The translations under genes were made by a program, and so were the position numbers. 64,000 nucleotides of DNA from Chiloscyllium plagiosum (lineage: Eukaryota): assembly GCF_004010195.1 (NCBI RefSeq), contig NC_057718.1:79826944-79890943 (forward strand), read 5' to 3'. The notes beneath the pieces are model-generated. The model searched no databases and was not told the DNA's origin. It saw only the letters and a program-made list of their open reading frames with translations. Shown piece by piece: positions 23,746-36,262 of the stretch; positions within the stretch are counted from its first letter, which is position 1; each line of letters opens with the position of its first letter.

Positions 23746-26052
23746 AAAAATAATGCTTTCTCCTAACGTTGTGATGGACGGACAGCTTTTTCAGAATCAT
23801 AATAACCACTCTAATACCCATACTTTGTAACTGATCCCTTGTTCTAAACTGATACCTTTTCATAATCTCCAATTATTTAAAACAGTGGTGTTACACAAAA
23901 TGTTTCACAGTGCCTTCACCTTTAGTTTTGTGTAAGTTAAAGAAACTTCTTCAGTTGATTTATCTACTTCTGTACATGGTTCAGTCAGAAATGTCATCCT
24001 TTTCTTTTCCCCTACTCCCTAATGAACAGACAGATTATCAGGAACATCCAGGATATTATTAACAGAGAAAAATACTTTAAGCTGCTCCACATACACAGAC
24101 TGTCAATCACATCTACACTCTCTCAATAATATCTGTTGGAGGAGCCATCTTTGAAGGTTAGGAAGCCAAGTGTACAAACAATGTTTCTATGAAGAATGGA
24201 TTTTTAAAGTTATTTCTCAACAAAAGAAAACCTCTCAATTCCACGACTGACTTACTAAAAGGTGGAAGCTTATCCCATCTAAATTTGTTTGGCCAAGGAC
24301 ATATACAACCCCATTCATGTCACCAAATACAATATCCTTTCAAAGTAGACTGAATAGTGTGCAGTACATGAAAATCAACATCAAACTAAACTGGTTTATT
24401 CTGATATGTACATGTTTGCAAATTGTCACAAAGTGTGATTACACTGACTCTGGAATTCAATTGTTTTGTTCATATTTGGACAAATCTGTAATGAGATTTG
24501 GAGCATAGTGACTCTGTCAGAACTCAAATTTGCATGAAATGTGCTTCTCACTTTATCCTAACTATTCTACATGCAACTGACATCTCATCGTACAATGTGT
24601 ATCTGTGCTCCTATGATGATGTTTCCTCACAGTTGTTCACAACCTGAGGCTTGCACAGTCTCATCTGCCATCTCCTGCTCTTCTTCTGGCATTGGCCCAA
24701 CAGAAAGAGCAAGTTGGAGAATGTACAATTGGTCAGATTGGAGGGCTAATAGCTCATTAGACTGTTACAACAGTGTCAGCTACATTTGCATACTAAGGTA
24801 TCTATATGTTTTCACCTTTACATTATTTAGATTATCTTATACTTCTGTAGGACAAATGTTTCCTTTATCCAAGATTTGATTTTAACTGATCATATGATTA
24901 TGATACTTAAAATGATATCAAAAGGTTATGTTTTGAATATAGAAGATTTCTGATTTAAAATTTGCTATAAACTAAATCATCACATACTTAATGCGCAGGT
25001 TGGATAATCCAGTTGGCTTGATGGATATAAAATAGTGCAAAATCACTAATATTTCAATTCTTGCAATGGCTTGTGATATTTAATGGCAGTTGCCTCCTTT
25101 CCTTATGCCATGCTTAATGTGGAGCCATGCCCCAAAGACCATATAACTACTTGAACTCTCTAACAGCCAGAGATTTGAGGCATATGGCTAATTATTTTTC
25201 CTTATATTTTGAATACCTTTGAATTAAATTTCTGTCTATTTCAGAATTTTGTGAAGAGTTCAATTAAAGCCTTTCAAAAAGCTTATAACCTTGTTTATTA
25301 GGCAGAAATCATTTTTGGAGGAGGTATGGAGCAATAGGTAAAATTAAATGAATAATCGTGGAGATAGGCAACCTACTCAAAAATCAAAAACAATACTTAG
25401 CTCTCTTTGTATCATTAGTGCAGCAGCTTATTTTGTTGCAAACTATAATACAGAAGTTATTTGTTTCTGTTAATCAGCATGTTGAGACAGATTGGTTTTG
25501 GTATAAATCCAGCTTAAATTACTGCAATACTTCAGAGTGGACAGATTCCTCTGGAATTAAAACACTACTTTAGCTTCTCTCAAATACTGCAAGGTGAAGA
25601 GATTGATGTAATGTCATGTTCTGACTCATCATTTCTCATTCCAATGTCTAGAACCACATCTGTATCATCAGGAGTACAATTCAATCAGTACATAATAGTC
25701 ATTGCAATGGAATACTTTCTGTTCTCTTCCCTGGCAAGGATAAAAACTTCAGTCTAAAATGATTTTCACCACATGAAAAATGTGTGAAATTTGTTCTGAA
25801 ATGAAATTGCTTTTTGTAGTCACCATGCAGTACATCACTCCAGTTTTCCTTCTATAGTGTGATAATTTTCATCGCCAGTCAGGAATTCCATTATCAGCAA
25901 AATTGAATATAATTGTAGAAAAAAAGTGTAATTGTCGAATTGAATATCAAGGCATCTTATAAATATCAAAGCATTTATTCTGTCAATTAGTGAAAGAGGG
26001 GTACTGTCCTACAATCATAATCATTATGGAAAAGAAGGGGGTCATTCCTGTG

Positions 26053-26243
26053 TATAGTCAGAAGTCACACGACACCAGGTTATTGTCGAACAGGTTTATT
26101 TGAAATCACAAGCTTTCGGAGGCCACCTGACGAGGGAGCTACGCTCTGAAAGCTTGTGATTTCAAAGAAACCTGTTGGACAATCACCTGGTGTCGTGTGA
26201 CTTCTGACTTTGTCCACCCCAGTCCAACACCGGTATCTCCACA
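26053..26243 (+). mobile_element. Fold-back Penelope-derived mini element with hammerhead motif (family B)
   Basis: Inverted arms about 26056-26118 and 26147-26209. CAC-CTGACGA-GGGAGC-TAC-GCTCT-GAAA-GCTT-GTG at 26124-26158. TSD TCA(T/G)TCCTGTG at 26042-26052 and 26244-26254. Confidence 0.85.
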
Positions 26244-27561
26244 TCAGTCCTGTGCTTGCCCAATTTTAACTGCTCCACCATCAGTTGTTGCACTTCAGTT
26301 GCTTAGACCCTAAGCTCTGGGATACTATCTTTCTGCATTTCTACCTCACTTTCCTCCTTCAAAATACTCCTTAAGATTTACTTCCTTGAGGAAGCTTTTT
26401 GGTCATCATTTTATCAGGGGTCATGACCCTGACCTCAGGATAGAAAGTAAGTCATAATCATTTGCTCGCATTGTGACCTGCTCAGTTATTTTTTACCAAA
26501 GATGGTCTCCTAAGTGGCCTTCTGTTGGCATCCTTCCAACGAGGGATGCTGCTGATGCTCCTGGGGTTGCCAGCCAAATCACAGGACCAGCAGCTCTGAT
26601 GCCTCAGCAACATTACAGGGTTAGCTCATCATTGTTGAGAAATGCAGGAGGCCTCAGGAGCTTTGCCAATATTTTTTAAACTTAAAAGCCCTTGTGCCAA
26701 CTGATGGAGGGCAAACTATTCTGTGGAGGTAATCGGGGCTATGGATGCTCTTTTCATTGTTTACAGCCTGCTCTTTGGCCTGTGAGACCTTCCCTCTTGG
26801 GTTGATGCCAACAAGCTGCATCTTACTGCAACAGCCCCAATACATTGCGGGTGGTTACCTGACCTTCAGCATGAAGTGGCTCCAAGTTTGACCTTTACAA
26901 TTTAAATGAGCTGCCCAGTTCCTTGTGATAGGCAACCTCTCTGCATCTTGTCCCACCCGGGGGTACAATTTCGATGGCCACAAAGTGTCAGGTGTTCAAT
27001 CCAAATTTGCTCTCAGCAGCTTTACTGAAACCGCAGCTCCCAGGAATGGTAAAATTCTGGCTAGCATCTCCTTATGTGGCTCAGTATCATACTTTGCTTA
27101 TTAATGATCTCATGAAGCACCTTGGAACATTGCATTCCATTTTACATTTATCATAATAGAAATTGATCTAGGTTAAGTAATTGTAGCTATTTTGGGAACC
27201 ATTGTTTAGTCTTATTATTTAAAATATTATTTCAAGCAGTTGAAAGAAAATTACTGCAATGCATCAAGGTCAACAATAGGAACTTGAGGAATGGAGGAAC
27301 ATGCTGAATTGACTCAGGTAGAAGCACCTAAAAAGATTTTGAAAGGCGATTGCTATTCTTTTGTTGTTGCTACAAATCCACGCGCAACATATTTTCTTCA
27401 AGGCAAACAAAAATATTATAAGATCAACAGAGGGAATCTTTCTTTGAAAGTAAAGAAAATAAAGAATAGTTTTTCCCTAGATATAGTTCAGTCATTTACT
27501 TTACTCACATCATGAAAATCCTTCATCATCAAGAATACAGTTAAATAAGTGTTATACTTAC

Positions 27562-27677
27562 ACAGTTTCAGTACAGGTTATACATGGGATGTTTTGTCTG
27601 TTTGGAGTAATTAAGTTCAAAATCACAGATGTGTCACTCTCAGAGGTTGGATGTTTTCCACATTTGAAGTAAAACTC
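27562..27677 (-). CDS. PRKN: Parkin RBR E3 ubiquitin ligase, internal exon equivalent to human exon 6 (end of RING0, start of RING1)
   Basis: Minus strand reads ttacag|GAG TTT TAC TTC AAA TGT GGA AAA CAT CCA ... TGT ATA ACC TGT ACT GAA ACT GT|gtaagt, giving [38 protein letters not shown]. Human Parkin as recalled is [38 protein letters not shown] (about 24/38 identical). Splice sites are canonical AG/GT and the length is 116 nt (phase 0 to phase 2), as I recall for human exon 6. Not present in the ORF track. Confidence 0.96.
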
Positions 27678-28549
27678 CTGTAAAATGTAAACATGAGTTA
27701 GTGGCATATTGTAACTGATAGAACACATTTTACTTTGATCACTTAAGGCTAAATATTTGGACTCTATCGATCATTTAAAATTTTCCTTCTGTTCTATGTG
27801 AGGAACATTTTCTGACACAGCGTGTAGTCAGAAGCTCTGGGTTCAAGTCCTACTCAGGCTTTAATGGCCGACAAAGGCTCATAACACAGCTAACCAAGTT
27901 AGGTGTTAAGTTATAAATCCTGATGGCAGGTAGTAAGAGTGGGAGAAATAAGACTGGATGTTGATACAGTTGGTATAGTTGGATAGGTGCTGGTGGTATT
28001 CAGGTTGATCACAACAGAACAGGATTTCATCCCTGTTCCAATGGAGGTGGATTCATGACCTTCCACCTTGCCTCCCAATAGGTGGTGAGGATGATGATGA
28101 GATCCTGATGGAACTATCAATGTAGTCAGCTTGATGATTGGTTCCCACAAGAGGTACATACACCAATACTCACATAGATGGAAGTTAGCACTTCCCACAC
28201 TCTCATAGCTCATTTCTATTCAGTTTTCAACAACAAGCACAGTGTTTAAGCAATTGTGAATCACTTTCTGACGTTCTGTCAGAGAGCAGCTCCAATTGCA
28301 TTTCCTGATACACCTGTTGTGACATACGTCTCCACACGACCACAGATGGAAATGCTATCTTCCCCTTTAATGTAATAAATACGGCTTGCTGTGCCATTGT
28401 CCACTCACATTGTGCATCTTTGCGCATTATTATTCGAAGAGGTTCTCACAAACTCTTCCCACAATGAGCTTCCAATTATCTAACACTTCAACACACCATC
28501 GAGTTCCCATGCCAACATTTCTGTCCCAAGCGTGTTGCAATGCTCCAGC

Positions 28550-28660
28550 AAGGCTCAACCTGTTCAGAAATGTTATTACACTCCTCTGGAGCAGGTGGGA
28601 CTTGAACATGGGTCTCTTAACTCAGAGGTATGGACATTATTACTGCACCACTAGAGCCAA
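28550..28660 (-). mobile_element. Short tRNA-derived SINE (related copies at ~1890-1995 and ~27820-27900)
   Basis: Minus strand GGCTCTAGTGGTGCAG...GTTCAAGTCCCACCTGCTCCAGAGG...TAATAACATTTCTGAACAGGTTGA is shared with the copy at 1890-1995. Confidence 0.6.
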
Positions 28661-28999
28661 AACAGCATTTTATTTTCCACTAAGGGAACCTGCAGTCTTC
28701 AGGACTTAATATTGAATTCAATAATTTTAAAGCCCAAGCACCTATTTACAAATTCTTTACCCATCCCCGCCATGCCCCAGGCCCTGTCAGGACCAGACCT
28801 GTTATTTGCTCAGCCAACCCATTTTTGTCGACTTATGGACGCCATTACCAGCTTTTCTTCCTCCCTGGCTCGCTATCAGCCATGCCTTTTTGTCTATCTA
28901 ACTTCCAAACGCATTCCCACCCCTATCTCTCTGGGCTCTGTCTCCATCAATCCATGATATTAAGGTGCTGGACTTGGACTAGGGTGGACAAAGTTAGAA

Positions 29000-30510
29000 G
29001 ACAGTGAGGACTGCAGATGCTGGAGATCAGAGTGGAAAGTGTGTTACTGGAAAAGCACAGCAGGTCAGGCAGCATCTGAGGAGCAAGAAAATCAATGTTT
29101 CAGGCCAGAATCCTTCATCAAGAATGAGGCTGGAAGCCTCGGGGGTGGAGAGATAAATGGGAGGGGGTTGGGGCTGCGGAGAAGGTAGCTGAGATGGTGA
29201 TAGGTGGATGGAGGTGGGGGTAAAGGTGATAGGTCGGAGAGGAGTGTGGAGCGGGTAGGTGGGAAGGAAGATTGACAGGTGGGACAGGTCATGAGGATGG
29301 TGGAGCTAGAAGGTTGGAACTGGAATAAGATGGGGGAGGGAAAATGAGGAAACTGGTCAAGTTCACATTGATGCCCTGGGGTGGGAGTGTTCCGAGGCAG
29401 AAGATAAGGTGTCCTTCCTCCAGGTGTCTGGTGGTGAGGGAGTGGCGGTGGAGGAGGTCCAGGTCCTTCATGTTCTTGGCAGAATGGGAGGGGGAGTTGA
29501 AATGTTTGGCCATAGGGTAATGGGGTTGATTGGTGCGGGTGTCCCAGAGATGTTCTGTAAAGTGCTCTGCGAGAAGGCATCCAGTCTCCCCAATGTAAAG
29601 GAGTCTGTATCGGGAGCAAAGGATAAAATAAATGACATATGTGGAAGCGCAGATGAAACTTTGATGGATGTGGAAAGCTCCTTTGGGGCCTTGGACGGAA
29701 GTGAGGGGGGGAGGTGTGTGCGCAGGTTTTGCAGGAGAGGAGGGATGTGGACGAGATGCTTTGGAGGGCATCTTCAACCACTTGGGAGGGGTAATTTCAG
29801 TCTTTAAAGAAGGAGGCCATCTGTTGCGTTCTGTGGTGGTCCTCCACAGAACTGGTCCTCCTGGGAGCAGACGCGGCAGAGGGGAAGGAATTGGGACTAT
29901 GGGATAGAGTTTTTGCAGGAGATAGGGTGGGAGGAGGTGTAATCCAGGCAGCTATGGGAGTTGGTGGGTTTATAAAAAATGTCAGTGTTGAATTGGTCCT
30001 CGTGGATGGAGATGGAGGTCTAGGAAGGGAAGAGAGGTGTCAGAGATGGTCCAGGTGAATTTAAGGTTGGGGTGGAATGTGTTGGTGAAGCTGATGAACT
30101 GTTCAACATCCTCGTGGGAGCATGAGATGGCATCAATGCAATCATCAATGTAGTAGAGGAAAAGGTGGTGAGTGGTGCCAGTGTAACTCCGGAAGGTGGA
30201 CTGTTTTACGTAGCCAACAAAGAAACAGGCATAGCTGGGGCCCATGTGAGTGCCAACGGTTATTCCTTTCGTCTTGAGGAAGTGGGAGGATTGGAAGGAG
30301 AAATTGTTGAGGGTGAGGGCCATTTCAGTCAAATGAATAAAAGTTTCAGTGGAAGGGTACTTGGGAGAGGAAGAAATGGAGGGCTTGGAGGCCTTGGTCA
30401 TGGCGGATGGAGGTGCAGATGGACTGAATATCCATAGTGAAGTTGAGGCGTTGGGGGCCAGGGAAACGGAAGTCTCGGAGGAGGTGGAGGGCATGGGTGG
30501 TGTCCTGAGT
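29000..30510 (-). mobile_element. Penelope-like element (RT and GIY-YIG endonuclease), decayed
   Basis: RT motifs LNNFSF, GITVGTHMGPSYA, YIDD and LKFT. GIY-YIG region VIYFILC...YIGETG. Terminal hammerhead is mutated at ~29095-29122. Confidence 0.93.
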
Positions 30511-32107
30511 GTGTGTCAACAAAGTTAGAAATCACACAACACCAGGTTATAGTCCAACAGCTTGGTGATTGATTTCTACAAAAGATACATGCACCAATAT
30601 TCACAGAGATGAAAGCTAGCACTTCCCACTCTCCAGTAGACCATTTGCATTCAGTTTTCAACATCTGGCACAACATTTAAGCTGCCCCTTCATCAGGTAG
30701 CTTTGGAACAGGATCATAAGACACAAAATTTATAGCAAAAGATTACAGTGTCATGCAACTGAAATGATATATTCAACAAACCTAGATTGTTGTTCGGTCT
30801 TTCATCTTTTTATGGGTTGCAGGTTTCGGTTAATTAATGTGTAAATCTCAGAACTCTTTTAAGTCACATCCTCGAGATAACTGAAGGTTTTATTAAAAAA
30901 AGGTGACAGCTCAGCTTAGACAATGCTTTATAGGTGTGAGGTCAGAGGCTTTCTGTACCCCAATCTTGAGTCTGACGGGTTCTACTTCCAAAGTAATAAT
31001 TTATAAAATATTACATGGATTGATTGCCTGCATTGACTGCCTGCAGATTGGCCTCTTTTTGAGCAAAATAGAATGCATCTGCAAATATAATTCTGCAAAT
31101 GCAAATTCACCCCATAGACTCACGTGTGTGTACGCATGAGAGACAGAGTGTGAGAGTCTGCATGTGAGTGAGTGAGTGCACTTGAGAGTGTGTGTGCATG
31201 CTTGGTAAAGTTTGTGTGTGAGTGTAATGGAGTATAAGCCTGTGAGAGGGTGTGTGCGTGGGTGTGAGTGTGGGGGGCATGTTTATGTATGAGAGAGAGT
31301 GTATGTATGAGAGAAGGTCTGTGTGAGTGTGTGAGTATATAAGTGTGTGTGTGAGAGAGTGTATAGTGTAGTGGGGTCACCTGTAATGTGACATGAACCC
31401 AAGGGCACGGTTGAGGCTATCCTCATGGGTTCCGAACGCGGCTATCAGTCTCTACTCGGCCACTCTGCGTTGTTGTGTATCCCAAAGTCTGCCTTAGAGG
31501 ACGGTTGCCCGAAGATCTGAGGCCAAATTCCCTGACCACAGACATGATCCTTGACTGGGAGGGAACACCCCTGCCTGGCGATTGTTGCACGGTGTCCATT
31601 CATCCGTTGTCGTAGCTTCTGCTTGGTCTCGCCAATGTACCATTCCTCAGGGCATCCTTGCCTGCAGCGTATGAGATAGACAACGTTGGCCAAGTCACAT
31701 GAGTACCTGCCGTGTACATGGTGAGTGGTGTTCCCACAGGTAATGGTAGTATCCATGTCGACACTCTGACATGTCTTGCAGTGGTGGCCCATGAAAGGAT
31801 TCACGTGTTATGGTTCACATCCTGAAGGCTGGGCAGTTTGCTGCAAACAATGGTCTGTTTAAGTTTTGGCGATTGCTTAAAGGTGAGAAATGGAGGCATA
31901 GGGAAGATCTGGATGAGGTGCTTATCAACATTGATAATGTGTTGCAGGCTGCGAAGAACATGGTGTAGTTTCTTTGCTCCCAGAAAGTACTGAACAACGA
32001 AGGGTACCCTATCGGTTGCATCCTGTGTCTGTCTCCGGAAAAGGTCATTTTGGTTTCTCACTGTGGCATGTCAGAATTGGTGATCAATGAGCTGAGCATC
32101 GTATCTG
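30511..32107 (-). mobile_element. Penelope-like element of a second family (GIY-YIG and long CA-rich 3' region)
   Basis: ANVVYLIRCRQGCPEEWYIGETKQKLRQRMNGHR and DRVPFVVQY. Colinear with the copy at 49520-51000. Confidence 0.92.
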
Positions 32108-32897
32108 TGTTATGAATTTGAAGGCGTGTACTGTATCTTTAAGAGTGAGTGAAGGCTATTTTGCAGTGAGAATTTGCGGGCAACTGTCATGTGACTGACT
32201 AGCAGTCTTAGAGTGTGCTGGAAATTGGCTAGACACCTCAGTTGCTTTGACCGCTATTTGAATTTGACCAATCAGTTTAAATTATGCCCCAGGATACTAA
32301 AACCCAACTGAATTTGAATTTTACAGTTTTGCCAACATCGAACCAATGAGACAATTCGATGTTTGGGGCATAAATATGCTGGCAGTTTGAGAGTTAGCCA
32401 GAGAGTGACAACCTGCCATCTAGAGGGAGATACTGCTATTCAACATGCACTCTATCTAAGGTAACTTTTTTATATGAAATATCTTTCCAGCAAAAAACTG
32501 AAGATGACTCAGACAGCTTGACAGACAGTGGAAGACAGATGCTGATGATGACAGCTGCTGTCTGGTTTTGAAAATTAGGTTGATGCAATTTTAATAGGCC
32601 TCACCTTCTGTGCTTTTCCAGCACCACACTCTCGACTTTTATTGGATTAGTATATTGTTATAGATTAGAAGGTAGATAACAGACCTTTAAAAGAAAGGAG
32701 GCTTCAAGTTTTAAAAAGTTGTTGCTTAATGTTCACTTTTAGAGTTAAAAAATAAAATTGATATTTTTCTTTAAATAGTGGAATTTGGGAAGTTCTCTGT
32801 TTCTCATACGTTAACAGATTACAAGGCGAGGTGAGCTTTTCTGTATGTTTGGTTTAATTAGCAGAAGGGTCCACTGCCGAGACGTAACAGTTTGGGT

Positions 32898-33076
32898 TGA
32901 GAGAGAAAGAGAAAAAGAAAGAGAAGAAAGAGAGAGAGAGGAAAAAGGAAAAGAGAAGGTTCTCAGCTGATCAGAGAGAGAAGAGAAAGAAAGAGAGAGA
33001 CAAAGAGATAGAGAAGAAAGAGAAAGAGAGATGAAAGGGAAACAGAAAAAGAAAAGAAAGAGAAAAGGAGAGAGAA
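32898..33076 (+). repeat. Purine-rich (GA/AG) low-complexity tract in the Gypsy gag region
   Basis: Almost pure A/G run. Confidence 0.9.
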
Positions 33077-34156
33077 TTTAAACTTCAGAAGTTGTGAATT
33101 AGTCAGGAAAGTCAAGTTAACAGGATAGAGATGAAGAGAGAAGGTAGTGTTATATACAAACTGTTAAAACACTGCCACATTTTGATGAGAATGTTGCCGA
33201 AGCTTTCTTTATTTTATTTGAAAAATTAGCTTGACAGTTGTGAGTAATGCTAGTTCAAACTAGGCTGGTAGGTAGAGCTAGTGAGGTATTTGCAGTGCTG
33301 TTAGATGAGGGGTTAAGGGATTATGAAGCTGTCAAACAGGCTGTATTAAGTGCTTATGAAGTGCATTGACAGCGGTCCAGAAACAAAGAAGGAACCAAGT
33401 CAGACATGTTGAGTTCGAAAGAATTAAACATAGTTATTTTGATAGATGGGTGCGGGCCTTAAAAATAAATAAGACCTCTGCGGTTCTAAGAGAGATTATT
33501 CAGCTGGAAGTGTTTAAAAACTCACTTCCAGAGATGATAAGAGTTCATGTGGATGAACAGAAAGTTCAAGAAGTGAGAAGAGCAGCAGATATGGCGGATG
33601 AATATACCCTGGTGCATAAGGCAAAGTTTAATTTCCGGCAAGAATTTCATCCTGTGAGGGATAGAAATTGAGAGAAGCGGAGATCCTGCACTACAAAACA
33701 AAGAGTAGAGGACACTAGTAATTGTTTACCACAGGTTAAAAAAGAAGCCCAAGAGGATGGAAAGGAGGTTAAAGGCCTCAGGTGTTTCCACTGTGGTAAA
33801 GTGGGACAAGTAAAATCACAGTGCTGGTCATTAAAGAAAGGCACTGTGGGAAAGAATGTAGTAAAAGAAGCTAAGCCAGTGGCATTAGTGAAAGTAATAA
33901 AGGACACCCCAAGAAAAGTTGAGGAGCTGCAGGAGAGTGCAGGCAAGGGCTGGGTATGGAGTTAGTTCCTGATCTCTATGAAGAATTTGCCTCTGTTGGT
34001 AAAGTTTACTCAGAAAGAACAGGGGAGAATGGAAAGAAGTCATAATTTTGAGAGATACAGGATTGAATAGAAAGAGATGAATGTATTTGCACTCTTTCTG
34101 ACCTGTTACCCAAGAGAGTGGTAATTTCTGGGATAGATGGACAGAAGTTTAGCATT

Positions 34157-34481
34157 GAGAGTGTGGTGCTGGAAAAGCACAGCAGGTCGGGCAGCATCCG
34201 AGAAACAGAAAATCCACATTTCAGGCAAAAACCCTTCATCACGAATGAGGCTGGGTGCTTTGGGGATGGAGAGATAAATGGGGGGCGAGTGGGCCTTCCC
34301 CCAGGCCCACCCCCTCCCATTTATCTCTCCACCCACGAGGCTCCCAGCCTCATTCCTGATGAATGGCTTTTGCCTGAAACGTCGATTTTCCTGCTCCTCG
34401 GATGCTGCCTGACCTGCTGTGCCTTTCCAGCACCGCACTCTCGACTCTAATCTCTAGTGTCTGCAGTCCTCACTTTCGCCT
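34157..34481 (+). mobile_element. Fold-back Penelope-derived insertion in the Gypsy protease
   Basis: Inverted arms about 34157-34290 and 34300-34442. Hammerhead motif CTGATGAATGGCTTTTGCCTGAAACGTC at 34356-34383. Confidence 0.88.
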
Positions 34482-35510
34482 TGAAATCTAGTGTTCCCCT
34501 ATGTAACATTAGGTTGGGGTGCCAAATCAAGACTGGGGTAGTAACTGTGGGAGTGATTGACAGAGTGTCAGTTCCAAGAATACAGTGTGTTCTTTGGAAC
34601 GATTTAGTAGGATCCAAGGTAAGAGTGACACCTCGAGTTGTGGAGAAGCCAAAGGAAGAGCAGGGACCTGAGAAGTTAAAAGAAAAACACCCTGAAATTT
34701 TCCCAGACTGTGTAGTAACAAGATCCCACTATCATAGGTCATAGCACAAAGCAAAAACTAAAGAGAAAGATGAAGGATTTGTGGTTCAGTTTGACATAAT
34801 GATGTAGGAAAAACTTGAACATGCAGAGGGTCAGGCAGAAGTGTTTAGTCCTGAAAGGCTAACAGAAAGACGAGACAAGAAAAAATATATATGTTGATGC
34901 ATGCTCAGAAAAGGAGGCAGAGAATATTCCTGAGGGGTTATTCCTTAAAGATAGAATCACAAAATGAAAATGGAGACCACAGCAAGTTAGTGCAGAGGAG
35001 AAATGGGCAGAGGTGCACCAAATTGTGTTGCCAGCAGCATACAAACAGGAAGTGTTACAGGTACCACATGAACTACCAGTGGGAGGTCACCTAGGGATTG
35101 GAAGACTCAGGCTAAGGTACAAAAGCATTTCTATTGGCCTGGACTGCACAAAAATGTGGTTAACTTTTGCCAAACGTGTCATATATGCCAAATTGTAGGT
35201 AAGCCACAAGCAGTAATAGAACCAGCACCTTTGTTGCCAATTCCCATATTGAAGAACCTTTCATGCGGTTAATAATTGATTGTGTAGGTCCTCTCCCTAA
35301 AACTAAAAGTGGCAACCATTACTTGATGACCATAATGAATGTGTCAACAGATTTCTGGAAGCAATTCCATTACGAAGTATTAAGGCTAAAAAGATGGAGG
35401 AGGAATTAGTAGCTTTCTTCACATGGTATGGGTTACCCAGAGAGATCGCTCAGACCAAGGTTATAATTTTACTATTAGGCTGTTTAAGGAAGTCATGGAT
35501 AGCTTAGGTA

Positions 35511-36262
35511 TAACAAAGAACAAAGAACAAAGAAAATTTACAGCTCAGGAACAGGCCCTGCGGTCCTCCAAACCTGAGTCAATGCAAATCTACTGTCTAA
35601 ACCTGTCGCCCAATTCCTAAGCATCTGCATCCCTCTGCTCCCCACCTACTCATGCATCTGTTCAGATGCATCTTAAATGAATCTACTGTGCTTGCCTTTA
35701 CCACCAGACACCCACCACCCTCTGTGTGAAGTACTTGCTGCGTGTACCCCCTTAAACTTTTCACCTCTCGCCTTGAAAGTGTGACCTCTCGTTATTGAAT
35801 CCTTCACCCTGGGAAAAAGCTTGACTCTATCCATCCTGTCTATACCCTTCATGATTTTGTAAAGCTCAATCAGGTCCCCCCTCAATCTCCTTTTTTCTAA
35901 TGAAAATAAACCTAACCGACTTGTCTTCATAGCTAGCACCTTCCATACCAGGCAACATCCTCGTAAACCTTCTCTGTACCCACTCCAAAGTGTCCACATC
36001 CTTTTGGTAATTTGGCAACCAGAACTGTACACAGTGTTCTAAATGTGGCCAAATCAATGTCTTGTACAATTTTAACATGACTTGCCAGCTCTTACACTCA
36101 ATACCCTATCCAATGAAGACAAGCATACTATATGCCTTCTTGACCACTCTATCCACCTGTGCAGCTACCTTCAGGGTACAATGGACCTGCACTTCCAGAC
36201 CTCTCTGCCAATCAACTTTTCCCAAGGCTCTTCCATTCATTATATAATTTGCTCTAGAAAAG
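35511..36262 (-). mobile_element. HER1/CR1-type LINE 3' fragment inserted in the Gypsy integrase
   Basis: LYKTLIWPHLEHCVQFW and LFSLEKRRLRGDLIELYKIMKG, with a (CAAAGAA)n tail at 35511-35535. Confidence 0.92.
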
